A stretch of DNA of 64,000 bases from Octopus sinensis (lineage: Eukaryota), in the NCBI RefSeq assembly GCF_006345805.1, contig NC_043001.1, positions 76,508,001 through 76,572,000 on the forward strand, given 5' to 3'. Of this stretch, positions 38,414 to 51,132 are shown piece after piece (the stretch's first letter is position 1; each line of letters starts with the position of its first letter). The notes under the pieces are model-generated. The model ran no database searches. It had not been told where the DNA came from and saw only the letters and a list, made by a program, of their open reading frames with translations. Both the position numbers and the translations under genes were made by a program.

Positions 38414-38460
<47 letters not shown>

Positions 38461-38597
38461 TGTATGTATGTATGTATGTATGTATGTATGTATGTATGTA
38501 TGTATGTATGTATGTATATTTATATAAGCGAGAAAGAGAGAGGGAGAGAAAGAGGGAAGAGATATACATATGGGGTGAGAAAGAAGAGTGAGAAGGT

Positions 38598-38648
<51 letters not shown>

Positions 38649-39689
38649 AGGAACAAAGAAAAAAAGCAATCAGAACGCGCTTGTGTTTGTATAGAAAACC
38701 ACCAGACATATCTCCCATATCTCCAAGAAGGAACATTCAAAGAAAATACAGCCAGTTTAATTCTAAGAATTATAGCTGATAAAACTATTAACGTGGAAGA
38801 AGAAAGCGACTGACCTTTGGCTAACATATTTGGTTGGCTGGTTAGCAGTTTGGAATGAATGGGCAAAGCTTTTCTGAGATGTCCAGTAGATTTCTTCAAA
38901 TGTCTAACTATATTGAATAAACGGATGTCGTTTTTTTTTGTTTTTTCTTTTACTTGACTGTCCAGAAGGTTTTTGGTGGAGCGGTGGGGTTGAATGTCCA
39001 GTTATATTGGATAAATGACCTGCTGCTTTCTAGTTACTGCTCAATGGTTGTAGTTGAATGTCTATATCTATATTAAATCATTCAAAGACTGATCAATTGG
39101 TTTGTTAGACTGTCCGCTTTCGACGGCATGTCTTTTATCTTTTACACATTTCAGGAATTTTACCACTGCGGCCATGCTGTGACACCGCCTTGAAGAGTTT
39201 TGGTTGAACAAATCAATCCTGGCACTTGTGTTCGTTTTTTCGAAGTTTGGTAATAATTTTATCGGTTTCTTTTTGCTGGATCTCTAAGTTACGAGAATGT
39301 AAACAAACCAACACCGTTAGTTAAGAAGTGGTGGGAAGACACACACACACACATCCTCTACATGATACATTTGTTTCAACACATAAGTTACACACCAGTA
39401 ACCTTGCTAACCAAATACAAATACGAATTGAATAATTTAGTATTACACACACACATATACACACAAACACACACACACACACGCACGCACGCACGCATGC
39501 GCACACACACACAAACACACATACACGCACAAACACACACGCACATGAACGCACACATGCACACACATACATGTGTGTATGCATATATATTATGTATGCA
39601 TGCGCATATGTATGCATGCACACACGTCTTCATATACGCATGTGTACGTTCACACATGTCATGTATGAATGGCATTGCGCATATGTAGA

Positions 39690-40235
39690 TGTAATTACAT
39701 GCTGAACTTCATGAATTTTTTGCATATTTTGACCGTGCCTTTGTCAAAGTGTAGCTGTAATCTTCTGAATAACCGAGTTTTCTTTTTAATGTCTGAAACC
39801 CAGTTAGCAGTGAGGTAGATATTTGCATAGCTAAGATTTCCAATAATTGTTAGTAGAAATCTAAAATTGTAGTCCGGATTGTGTAACAGCAGATTTCTTA
39901 TCAGTTCCACACGTATGCATGTTTTCTTTTTCTGACATCTTCTGGGTAACTGATTTCAACAACTGCTCATAGTTTCTTTTTCAGTTTCGAGTCATGATGT
40001 CCGGTATGTTAGGCTTGCATTTTATTAAAGTTTTGACAACGACATTCCCGCATTATTCTTTCAAGCTGCATGTTGTTATATCCTTCACATCACATTTGCT
40101 TATGTTTGTCTCCTTTCATTTCAATAGATTTCATGATATAATGTTCTAACCACGACATCGTGTCTCAGAAGTAGCTAATACCATGAAGACATTTTCGGGC
40201 AGTTGCTTATGATAGGAGCATCCTGAAATATTAGT
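39690..40235 (-). mobile_element. Old R4/Dong 3' fragment (ACAT lineage)
   Basis: ISNCPKMSSWY*LLLRHDVV, KCKPNIPDI, ELIRNL..NPDYNF, RLFRRLQL..GTVKICKKFMKFSM*; runs into degenerate ACAT/ACAC repeats. Confidence 0.82.
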
Positions 40236-40239
40236 TATA

Positions 40240-40660
40240 AATTTTGGCACAAGGCTAGTAATTTTAGTTTGTGTGTTTGTGTGTGTGTATGTGTGCGTAT
40301 GTGTGTATGGAATGGGGGTCATTTACATCAACCCCAGTGTTCAACTGGTACTTATTTTATCGACCCCAAAAGGATGAAAGGCAAAGTGGACCTCGGCGGA
40401 ATTCGAACATAAAACGTAAGGACGGATAAAATGCCGCTAAGCATTTGCCCAGGATGCTACCGATTCTGCCAGCTTGTTGACTTTGGTTTCAGGTGAAGTG
40501 GTAAGTCGAATACATCGACTGGTAATTAATTTATTGAACCCGAAAGGATGAAAAGTAAAGTGGATCTTGGCGGAATTTGAACTCAGAATGTGAAGATGGA
40601 TGGAATGCCGCTAAGAATCTTGCCCGGCGTGATAACGATTCTGCCAGCTCGCCGCCTTGA
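40240..40660 (-). mobile_element. Two tandem SINE family A copies
   Basis: Core motif occurs twice. Confidence 0.85.
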
Positions 40661-40875
40661 CTTAAACTCTTCAAATAGCTATCGTATGTCATTCACTAGG
40701 ATTGTACCAACCCTTCCGCACTTTTATTCCCCCTTGCCTTGTCTATTACGAACCCCTGTAACTGCCATTTCTATCAGCGTTTCGTTACATCCATCGACCA
40801 ACAAAAATTCGAACTATACATCCAAATGCAGCTACCCAACCAATCCGAAAAAACGTGCAACAAGGACTTCTAAAA

Positions 40876-41009
40876 ACATGTCTTTTATTTTAAGCTAGCT
40901 GTGTGGTTAAGAAGCTCATTCTGTAGCAACGTGATTGTGGGTTCAGTCCCACTGCGCGGTTCCTCGGGCAAGTGAATGAATTTGATAGACGGGAACTGTG
41001 TGGAAGCCG

Positions 41010-41010
<1 letters not shown>
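40876..41010 (+). mobile_element. SINE family B 5' half
   Basis: GCTGTGTGGTTAAGAAG..GGGTTCAGTCCCACTGCG..GGGAACTGTGTGGAAGCCG, then (TA)n. Confidence 0.8.
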
Positions 41011-41076
<66 letters not shown>

Positions 41077-41081
41077 TATAT

Positions 41082-42070
41082 AAAGAACAAATAAATCTCG
41101 GAATACCGACAAATTCCACTGAGTGACATTTAGACTCATGTGCTAAGACTTTAAACCCCAAATTCTATATATTCCCCTTCTACCAATGTAAAGACGAGAT
41201 CACCACACAGGAGAGAATTAACAAGGAGAATCTCTTTATTGAAAAATTCCAAACACAACTTAATATGCAAACTCCTCGTTGATCAAACTTCCTTTCTCTA
41301 CCTCACTCTTCATGGATGGACTAACACAAGTATATAAAGATACATGCATTCATCACTTCAGCTTAAAACTTATATTCTTTAAATATCATTTTTACTATTG
41401 TTGTTATTACTATCATTTTTATTATAAATGATATGACAATTTGAAATGCAATGTCTATGCAGATTATATAATTAGAAAATAATATAAATAAAGTGTAAAA
41501 ATCTGAAAGTTAAGTTAACAAGCAATTATATAAAAAAGATAACGCAAATGAAGCTAAAATGATAATTTTATAATTTGGATTTTATGAAGAACTCAAAAGA
41601 GTGTCTCCCCTACTCACAACACAGGAACTGAAGAACCACAATTACTACTACTTCCTGTCCTGCAAACATGCTGAATTAAACAACACAACACATGCTCTTA
41701 ATCCCTGTGGATCTTAACACCTCAAGGTAATTTTTTGTGAACAACCATAAAACTCAAGATACACAAACGAACTCACAATGTATCGGAGAACTTATCTTTT
41801 AATTTTTGTACATTTTTATCATTATTCTTTTACAAAAAACAATGCAATTTCTTTTTTTCCCCTTTCTAATTTTTAAAAAAACTTTTAAAACATAAATATT
41901 CTTGACAAGTCATACGATGACGAAAACGGTGAAATAAATATATATTTATATATTTATCAATTTCTCATTTTATTTTAAAATTTTCTTTCATTGAGCATTC
42001 TGCATTTTTAAAAAAATTTTTCTTACTTATCATTTCTCCACGTGCGTTCAACACAACCCACATTTATTGA
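41082..42070 (+). mobile_element. Penelope-like element 3' remnant (GIY-YIG C-terminus plus 3' region) between (TA)n tracts
   Basis: KEQI..EYRQIPLS/HLDSC..NPKFYIFPFYQC..QERINKENLFIEKFQTQLN..* (41082-41281); decayed HHR-like CTTGACAA-GTCAT-ACG-ATGAC-GAAAACGGT at ~41901-41930. Confidence 0.72.
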
Positions 42071-42135
<65 letters not shown>

Positions 42136-42738
42136 GTATATATATGTATGTATATGGATATATGTATACATTCTCCTTTTCTCCTCTTCCTTCTTCATAG
42201 TTTTCTATCTGTCTGTCTCTCTCTCGTTACTCACACGTGACCATCGTCCATCTTTTTGTTCCTCACGTGACCATCTTTTCCTGCATGGACGTTTAAAGAA
42301 CGGACGTGTTTCCCTCTCTCTCTCTTCTATCTTTTCTCTTTTTTAAAAATGTTTCTCCCAATGTTCAATATTTTCCATTCGTTCTGGTGTAACGACCCTC
42401 CATGCTTCTTTTCACTCGGTTTCCTTGAATGTCCCCACTGTCATTTTCTTGTTCCCTATTTTGACTCTCCATAAATCCTAAATTTTATTTTAGAATTTAT
42501 GGGAGCAACTGTCTTTGAAGACTCATATTGCCGCTGAATGCTCGAAATGAGAAGTGGATAGACAGCCGAACACTGATGAAGGGTAGTTCTCTGTGTTTAC
42601 TTGTCCTGTTTTCCATTTTTTCTCGTTGTTTACGTATTTCATGTTATTGGGACCGTTGTTGACGTCCTGTACCTATATATGCATATTTGCATGTATATAA
42701 ACACACACACACACACACACCACACACACATATATATA

Positions 42739-43146
42739 TAGGCACAGAAGTGGCTGTGTGGTTAGTAGTTTGCTTACCAACCACATTGTTCCGGGTTCAT
42801 TCCCACTGTGTGACTGTGTGGCACCTTGGGCAAGTGTCTTCTACTATAGCCTCGGGTTATAGTAGTGGATTTGGTAGACGGAAACTGAAAGAAGCCCGTC
42901 GTATATATGTATATATATATATGTGTATGTATATGTTTGTGTGTATGTGTTTGCCCCCCCCCCCCCCCCCAACATAGTTTGACAACCGATACTGGTGTGT
43001 TTACGCCCCCGTAACTTAACGGTTCGTCAAAACAGACCGATAAAATAAGTACTAGGCTTACAAAGAATAAGTCCTGAGGTCGATTTGCTCGACTAAAGGC
43101 GGTGCTCCAGCATAGCCGCAGTCAAATAACTGAAGCAAGTAAAAGA
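42739..43146 (+). mobile_element. SINE family B, full length
   Basis: Head GGCACAGAAGTGGCTGTGTGG through tail GGCGGTGCTCCAGCATAGCCGCAGTC. Confidence 0.92.
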
Positions 43147-43245
43147 GTATATATATATATATATACATACACACAGATATATACATACATATACGTATAC
43201 ATATATATATGTATATGTATATATAAATATATGTTTATATATATA

Positions 43246-44730
43246 CAGGGGGGGGGGGGATATTCGTACACGTCAAAATTCTTTATTTATTTAATTTCTA
43301 ATGAACATAAATGGGATATACCAATACTATATTTGCATACACATGCATAAACTAAGAATATGCAAAAGAAACTAATAAATTATTGTAACTAAGGAATTTA
43401 TATACAATCATAAATATTTAGGGGTAAAAAAAGTATTCGTACAGAATAAATTTATGATTTTCTAAGCCACAAAATACTGTTAAAATAATTTTTTTTTACT
43501 AGAACTTTCTCGTTTGTTCCAATAATCTTATCAGTTGTCATTTTTAAGTGTCAAAATGCTAGCTTCTTCATTCAGCACTGAAACAACATAAAGTAGTATC
43601 ATAATAATGGCGAAAAGTAAAGAACTCAGAAATACAGTGAAAAACTTAATTATTGAACAGTGGAAAGCAGGTAAAAGTTACAGGAAAATATCAGAGACCC
43701 TTTGTATTCCATTTTCTACCATATCTTCATTTATTCAAAGATATAAAAATTGGGAACTGTTGAAAACAGAATAAGATCCAGTGCACCATGCAAGATTTCC
43801 CCGAGATCTTTAAGAAAAATGAAGTGAAGAATCGAAAAAAAAAATGCAATGATCACCAGAAAGGAGTTGCAAGAAGATTTGTTAGCTTCAAGGACTAGTG
43901 TTACACTATGAACAATCAGCAATGAACTTCATAGGAATGAACTGAAGTCACGCTCTCCTAGAAAAACTCCGCTGTTGACTAAAAGGCATAGAGATGCCCG
44001 TTTAAAATTTGTTTATGAACATAAAGATAAACCTGATACATTCTGGGAAAATGTTTTATGGACAGACGAGTCGAAAATTGAATGTTTGGAAGAAATCTCG
44101 CGAGCTATGTATGTTGGAGGAAAGATGGTACTACCTATTCGTCGAAAAACACAATTCCTATCATAAAGTTTGGAGGTGGTAACATCATGGAGTGGGGGTA
44201 TTTCTCTGTAAATGGTACTGGCAATTTACATGTGATAGATGGTAGAATGAATGCAGAGATGTACCAAAATATTTGTGAAGGGTGGGTTTTACAACAGGAT
44301 AACGACTCTAAGCGCACGGCGAAGTCTACCAAAAAATTGATTGTCGATCACAATATAAAATTATTAGAATGGCCAAGCCAGTCGACTGACTTGAGCCCCA
44401 TTGAAAATTTGTGGCGTTATTTGAAAATTAAAATTCATTCAAGAGCTCCAACGTACATTCCAGATTTGAAGAAAATTTGTCAAGAAGAATGGGAAAAAAT
44501 TCCTAAAGAAACATGCGAGTCATTGATTAAAAACTACAAGAAGTGATTGGTTGAAGTGGAACTGAATAATGGTTATGCTACGAAGTATTAAATCAGAATT
44601 ATCAGTTATTTATGTTCTGTACGAATACTTTTTCACCCATAAATATTTATAATTGTATATAAATTCCTTAGTAACTATAATTTATTAGTTTCTTTTGCGT
44701 ATTCTTATACGAATATTTATTCCCCCTCTG
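43246..44730 (+). mobile_element. Tc1 (DD..E) transposon with IR/DR-type long inverted repeats, decayed
   Basis: TA|CAGGGG ... CCCTCTG|TA; left IR ~200 bp, right IR with an internal deletion; TATTCGTAC at outer and inner positions. Confidence 0.92.
43607..44591 (+). pseudogene. Tc1 transposase, frameshifted
   Basis: MAKSKEL..GKSYRKIS, VLWTDESKIE, KFGGGNIMEWG, LQQDNDSK, WPSQSTDLSPIENLW, GYATKY*. Confidence 0.92.
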
Positions 44731-45573
44731 TATATATAATATATATACTATATATATATATATATATTATATATATATATAGATATACGTAATATGTGTG
44801 TGTTTTGTGCTTGTTTAGACAACTGGAGTTGGTTTGTTTACGTCCTCGTAACTTACAGGTTCAGCAAAAGTCATCGATAGAATAAGTACCAAATATATAA
44901 ATATTTACTGTTTAAATGCAAGTACTGGGGGGTCGATTCGTACGACTAAACCCCTCACGACGCCCCCCCCCCATGGATGCATTCCAATAACTGAAACAAG
45001 TAAAAAGAAAACGACAAAAAATATTTAAAAAAAAAAAACAAGAACAAAACAATGAAAAGCAAGATCAGGGCATACATTACTGCAACCAGAAATAGAAACC
45101 AATGACAAATTCAGTACCGTAACAAATTACCACTTATTCAATGATGCAGCCGAGACAGATGCTGCTTGTATGAAACCCCAAGCGAGAACTTCTTATCTTA
45201 CATGCAGCTCACCATGCATATGATGCAATGCAACGCAGTCGCTACACTATCGTTTGTCACTTATATATTTTTTTCGCAATTGGAATTTAGACTAAATTTA
45301 GTTAGGTGTGAAATATTAGGTTTCTTACTTACTTACTTACGCACGTAGACACCTATATGAAGTTTGTATGTATGTATATGTATATGCACGTGTGTGTGAG
45401 TATATATATATACATATATATACATATATATATATATATATACATGTATGTATGTATGTTATATATATATATATATATATATATAATATGTAATATATGT
45501 GTGTAAATATATATACTACACAACACATATGTATATGTATATACATATTATATAGATATTATGTATGTATATC

Positions 45574-45604
<31 letters not shown>

Positions 45605-45885
45605 ATATATATATATATGTATGTATTTATGTATATATATACTATATATATATATATATATCTATATATATATAAGCAGCTAGACCTAGGAAGATAGTTA
45701 TGCATGCATGTATGTATATATATATGTGTATATAAAATTAGCAATGGTTAGGAAAAATCGAAAGTGAATAATGGAAATTTAATCATTAGAATAAAAAAGT
45801 ATAAAGGATGAAAATCGATGAAAGGGAGACGAAAATGCATGTGTATGTCTGTCTTCATGCGTATGTGCTTTTGAGTGTGTGCATG

Positions 45886-45932
<47 letters not shown>

Positions 45933-46294
45933 GGGGGAGGGAGAGAGGACTATTGTGAGGAGAGGGCGAGATAGGGATGTAACTGAAACCTATAGCTAAT
46001 GTATACATTTACAGAACTCTGTGATTTTAATTAAAATCTATTTCAAGTGCACAGAGTGTGATTGGAGACAGAGAAGATGAAAATAGACCTATTTACTTAT
46101 CCACATACATACATACATACATACATACATACATAAGATTTTTTAAAAATTCGATATAACATGAAATATTTTTGTGGGGAACAGTGGATCTCCAAGCATA
46201 TAACGCTACTAAAAATAGCATGTAAGTATTGGGTTACGTGTTTACATACCATATCTTTATAACTTTATGTGCTCCGAGAACGACTGTCCCAACA

Positions 46295-46383
<89 letters not shown>

Positions 46384-46428
46384 GATGTATCTATCTATCT
46401 ATGTATGTATGTATGTATGTAATGTATG

Positions 46429-46459
<31 letters not shown>

Positions 46460-46684
46460 TGTATGGTGTGTGTGTGGTTGTGTGTGTGTTGTGTTGGTGT
46501 GCGTGTAGTGTATATATATATATATATATCATATCAAAGGGAATGGAAATTAATAAAAATTTACATTTCCAGTGGTCTAACGTGTAAAAAATTTATATAC
46601 ATATATATGTATATAAATTGTTGAAAATGTTATGGACAAGGTGTCTAATTTCGGCATAAGAAATTTTTTCAAATTTGCCTATAT

Positions 46685-46732
<48 letters not shown>

Positions 46733-46735
46733 ATA

Positions 46736-46846
<111 letters not shown>

Positions 46847-46864
46847 TATATATTATATATTATT

Positions 46865-47634
46865 ATAATGAGGGAGATAAGTTATATTAATTTTAATATC
46901 AATTTAAAACCAGTAGTCTAGCATACAAAATTCTGAGAAGTCAGAGAAAATTCTAATATATGTGTATATTGGCAGGGCAAGACTGCTAGGTAGTCGGCCG
47001 TATGCTAGAAATAGATCATCAACGATCAAACTACAAAGAAAGTTCTCTAGAGCAAAAATTCAGCGAACACCAGAACCAAATTTGGCGGGCAGGACAGATG
47101 AAAATTTATATAAAAAAACAGAATCAATTGCATACCTCGGTTTCGGCCTTTAACAAAATAATTACTTACATAATTCAAATGTCCGTGGCTTCATCAGTAC
47201 AATCGTTCAGTGTAAATGCAATTTACAAAACTAACCCCAGCTTTCTGTGCCAAGACAGACACGTGCTTAGTTTTACCGATTACATTAGGGATAAAATTTC
47301 AAATGTCTTGGTTTCGGCGCGCTAAGAAATTCCTGAAGCGAAGAACTGCAGTAAATAATTCACTGCGGTTAGTGCTTGCTACTAGAGAACGTATTTATTT
47401 CAATATTTAAATAATGAGGGAGATAAATTAATATTAATTTTAATATCAATTTAAAACCAGTAGTCTAGCATACAAAAAATCTGAGAAGTCAGAGAAAATT
47501 CTAATATATGTGTATATTGGCAGGGCAAGACTGCTAGGTAGTCGGCCGTATGCTAGAAATTTGTAGTTTGATCGTTGATGATCTATTTCTAGCATACGGC
47601 CGACTACCTAGCAGTCTTGCCCTGCCAATATACA
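46865..47634 (-). mobile_element. Non-coding PLE-structured element: ~546-bp unit, 150-bp direct repeat and 75-bp inverted copy, inside (TA)n
   Basis: 46865-47012 matches 47411-47560; 47560-47634 is the reverse complement of 46963-47037; contains an HHR. Confidence 0.82.
47125..47205 (-). ncRNA. Type I hammerhead ribozyme, near intact
   Basis: Stem I CGATTGTA/TGCAATTG; core CTGATGA; stem II AGCC..GGCC (A.C at 10.1/11.1); GAAA; stem III ACC-GA-GGT; GUA site, predicted cut between 47133 and 47132. Confidence 0.8.
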
Positions 47635-47640
47635 ATATTA

Positions 47641-47695
<55 letters not shown>

Positions 47696-47745
47696 CATTA
47701 CAGCCACTACACACATTTTTTTCTCTCCTTGTTTTTTCTGTGTAC

Positions 47746-47780
47746 CTTTCTGTAGAAGAGCGTAGGCTCGAACGTAAAAA
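47746..47780 (+). ncRNA. Variant or degenerate minimal hammerhead-like motif
   Basis: CTTT-CTGTAGA-A-GAGC-GTAG-GCTC-GAAC-GTA-AAAA; A6 replaced and one A of GAAA missing. Confidence 0.45.
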
Positions 47781-47893
47781 CTTTTTTTTATTCCTAAGCG
47801 TTATACTAATACATCTGTTTGTTTGTACACCACCTGTCTTCGTCTTTTGTTTTTTCGTAACTTATATCTATATTATATATATATATATATATA

Positions 47894-47931
<38 letters not shown>

Positions 47932-47932
<1 letters not shown>

Positions 47933-48560
47933 TAGATGTACCCGCCGCGACCCGTTGGTCACAACTTCTCCAAGCTTAAAATGTCGAATGTGCGGTAGCA
48001 AAGGAAAAATATACTAATTCGAACTTCATGCAATAAAATTCTTAAATAATACAGTTTTCCTGCCTTTAGTGTAACAACATAAACATGACCAAATGTTTCT
48101 TCTTTGAAAACGTTCAAATGGGCTTTAACTTCTTTCCTCGCTCTCTTCTTTGTCATTCTTTGTTACCATAGCTCCAATTGAAATACATGAGTACTTCAGC
48201 ATAAAGTAATGTTTTTGCAAAGTCATCATTGATACACAATGAAAAGAATTCTGTCAGTGTTGTTCTCATATGTCGTTTATTGACAGCCATTTTTATATCC
48301 TCATTGTTTCTGAGCAATATTCTTTGTTCATCTGGTAGATGAACTTGCAGTATCTGTACTGCAGGTGCTCTTTCATGAATTGAAAATTCTAAAATGGACG
48401 CAACTGCTGCGAATGATTCACTATCTCTACTCATTAGATTTTGACTAATATCACTGTTTATTTGAACGGCAGCTTGGTCATTTACTTTCAGCGTGTACTT
48501 AGTGACATACTTCACTGACCTCCATCATCGAGGCAACGATTTCAACATTGCAGTGGCATT
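47932..48560 (-). mobile_element. Helitron derivative: RepHel fragment joined to a canonical 3' end
   Basis: EFSIHERAPAVQILQVHL..TTLTEFFSLC..DDFAKTLLYAEV..YYLRILLHEVR; hairpin GTGACC-AACG-GGTCGC 11 nt before the terminal CTAG|T. Confidence 0.87.
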
Positions 48561-48610
48561 TGAATGCTCTTAAATGAGTTTCATTATAAAGTACATATAT
48601 ATATAAGTAC

Positions 48611-48641
<31 letters not shown>

Positions 48642-49143
48642 TGTATGTATGTATGTATGTATGTATGTATGTATGTGTGTGTGTTTGTATTCATATATAT
48701 ATATATTTACATATACATACATACATACATATATATATATATATCCATATATATATATACATATATACATATGTATATATATATATTTCGCTAAAAAATT
48801 GATGACGTTTTTCTTCCGTGGTCAAACTTGTCGTTTTGCTTGGCTGGTTTCCTAAACAGGATACAGTTGGGGGTCTTTTCCTTATAATCGTTGAAGCTCG
48901 GCTTTGATTGGTTTGGAATTATATGACGTCAGTGAACAGTGCCAGAGACCACAGCTACTACTGACTTAACTGATATAAACCCAACAATCACAAGTTGACC
49001 AAAATTACGACAACCAAGAATCACTACAGTTGCTCCCATCGGAACACAAGGTAAAATCTATAATGATCTCCTGCACTACACTTGACAAAACAGTACGGAA
49101 CGACTTACACCTTATAATATATATTTTTCGCCTTTTCAAGAAA

Positions 49144-49254
49144 ATGGATTCTATTGAATGTATGTAACAATTATGAACTATTCCATTATACTTTTTATGT
49201 ATATAGCATGGACTCTATTGAATGTATGAAACAATTATGAACTATTCCATTATA
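49144..49254 (+). repeat. 47-bp direct duplication (period 64)
   Basis: ATGGA(T/C)TCTATTGAATGTATG(T/A)AACAATTATGAACTATTCCATTATA occurs twice. Confidence 0.9.
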
Positions 49255-49399
49255 ATCTTTATTATAAAAAAAATCTTTTTGATAAGGTTCGTTACTTCAA
49301 GAACCGAAACATGTAAAAATTAAAATTTATCTAATATAGTGGCATTTTCAAACTTCTCTTTTACAAATATATACCCACTCGTATACGATCTAATCTTAT

Positions 49400-49475
<76 letters not shown>

Positions 49476-49526
49476 CATATATACATATATATATATATAT
49501 ACATACACGCATACATACATACATGC

Positions 49527-49600
<74 letters not shown>

Positions 49601-49844
49601 CATACACACATACATACATACGTACATACACAAATTTGTGAGTTTTGTTTTGTTTTTCCATAAAGCAAACTGTTTACAATTCTTTAATTCTCCGTAGTTG
49701 CTTTTCTTGTGTATCTAACTTATAGAAACTAGGTTCCACGGGAAGACAAAACAAACAATGAAATAAAGACAATATTCATATAAGACGTTTGGTAAAAATG
49801 CAGTTTAATGCACATGATGGAAAAAAAAAGGAAAAAGAATTCTA

Positions 49845-51132
49845 CGAGGGACGTTCAATAAGTAATGCCTCTGACCCACTTACAGGTGTTTGATCTAGTT
49901 GAAATTTTGCATGTGCAATTACTTATATCTTTATAGAGTAAGTAGCAAATTACAGCTCTGAACTAATTATGGTTTCTGATTTACAGGTGTTTGAACTGAG
50001 TCAAGTGTGAAATGGAGCCTGTTGAGTGTCGAGCAGTGATCCGGTTTTTGTATTTGAAAGGACGCACACCACGGGAGACTTTTGATGAAATGAAAGTAAC
50101 TTATGGTGATGATGCCCCACCATATGACCTTGTAAAACGCTGGCATCGTGAATTCAAACATGGTCGAAACTCTGTGGAAACAGCTCCCAGATCTGGTCGC
50201 ACCCCTACTGCCATTGATGAGGCATCTGTCCGTCAAGTTGAGGCTGCCATTTTGGAAGATCGACGCATAACTATTCGCCAAATAGCCCATGAGGTCAAGA
50301 TTAGTACCGGGTCAGTGGAAACTATCATTCATGACCATTTGCATATGCAAAAGGTGTCTACCAGATGGATTCCCAGGTTGCTCACACCTTTCCAGAAGCA
50401 AGAACGCGTCGAATGCTCGAGGATGAATTTGGAGACGTACCAAGAAGATGAGTCAAACTTTTTCAAAAGACTGATTACACAGGATGAAACCTGGGTCCAT
50501 CACTATGGTCCAGAGACCAAAGCCCAGTCAATGCAGTGGAAGCACCGTGACTCACATCCTCCAAAGAAGGCAAGGGTGCAGCCCTCTGCTGACAAGGTCA
50601 TGCTCACAGTCTTCTGGGACCAGGACGGAGTAGTGATGACAGATTTCCTGGCAAAGGGTACCACAATTACAGGAGCCTATTATGCTTCACTTTTGAGGAA
50701 ATTAAGAGAAGCTATCAAAATCAAGAGGCGGGGCAAGATCAGCGAAGGCATCCTCCTCCTGCAGGACAACGCTCCGGTCCACAACTCGCGTGTCGCCAGA
50801 TCAGAAGCACAGGCGTGCGGCTATGACCCCCCCATCCCCCTACTCTCCTGACCTTGCACCCTCTGATTTTCACCTCTTCCCAGCCATGAAGTTGTTTTTG
50901 AAAGGAAAGCATTTCCCAGATGATGCAGCCTTGATTTCTAAAGTCACGTCGTGGATGGAGAACCAAGCTGGAGTCTTTTACAAAAACGGTCTCCAGAGCT
51001 GGATCAAACGATGGGAGAAATGCCTAACTCTGAGTGGTTCCTATGTAGAAAAAGACCAATAACTGTGCCAAGTTCCGTTGCTCTACTGGTATGGGAAGTG
51101 GGTCAGGGGCATTACTTATTGAACGCCCCTCG
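49845..51132 (+). mobile_element. Near-intact mariner, 1288 bp
   Basis: 37-bp TIRs CGAGGG(A/G)CGTTCAATAAGTAATGCC(T/C)CTGACCCACTT; TA TSD at 49843-44 and 51133-34. Confidence 0.96.
50012..51062 (+). pseudogene. Mariner DD34D transposase with a single frameshift near 50825-50840
   Basis: WIPRLL, ITQDETW, LLQDNAPVH, YSPDLAPSDF; net ~5 nt missing in C-runs. Confidence 0.93.

Noticed and set aside
47002-47325. 107-aa ORF within the PLE-like element
   Set aside because: It is antisense to the hammerhead and has no RT or GIY-YIG motifs.
47290-47400. Second hammerhead in the 46865 element (GCCGAAACC on the minus strand)
   Set aside because: No CUGANGA core, stem II partner or NUH site was found.
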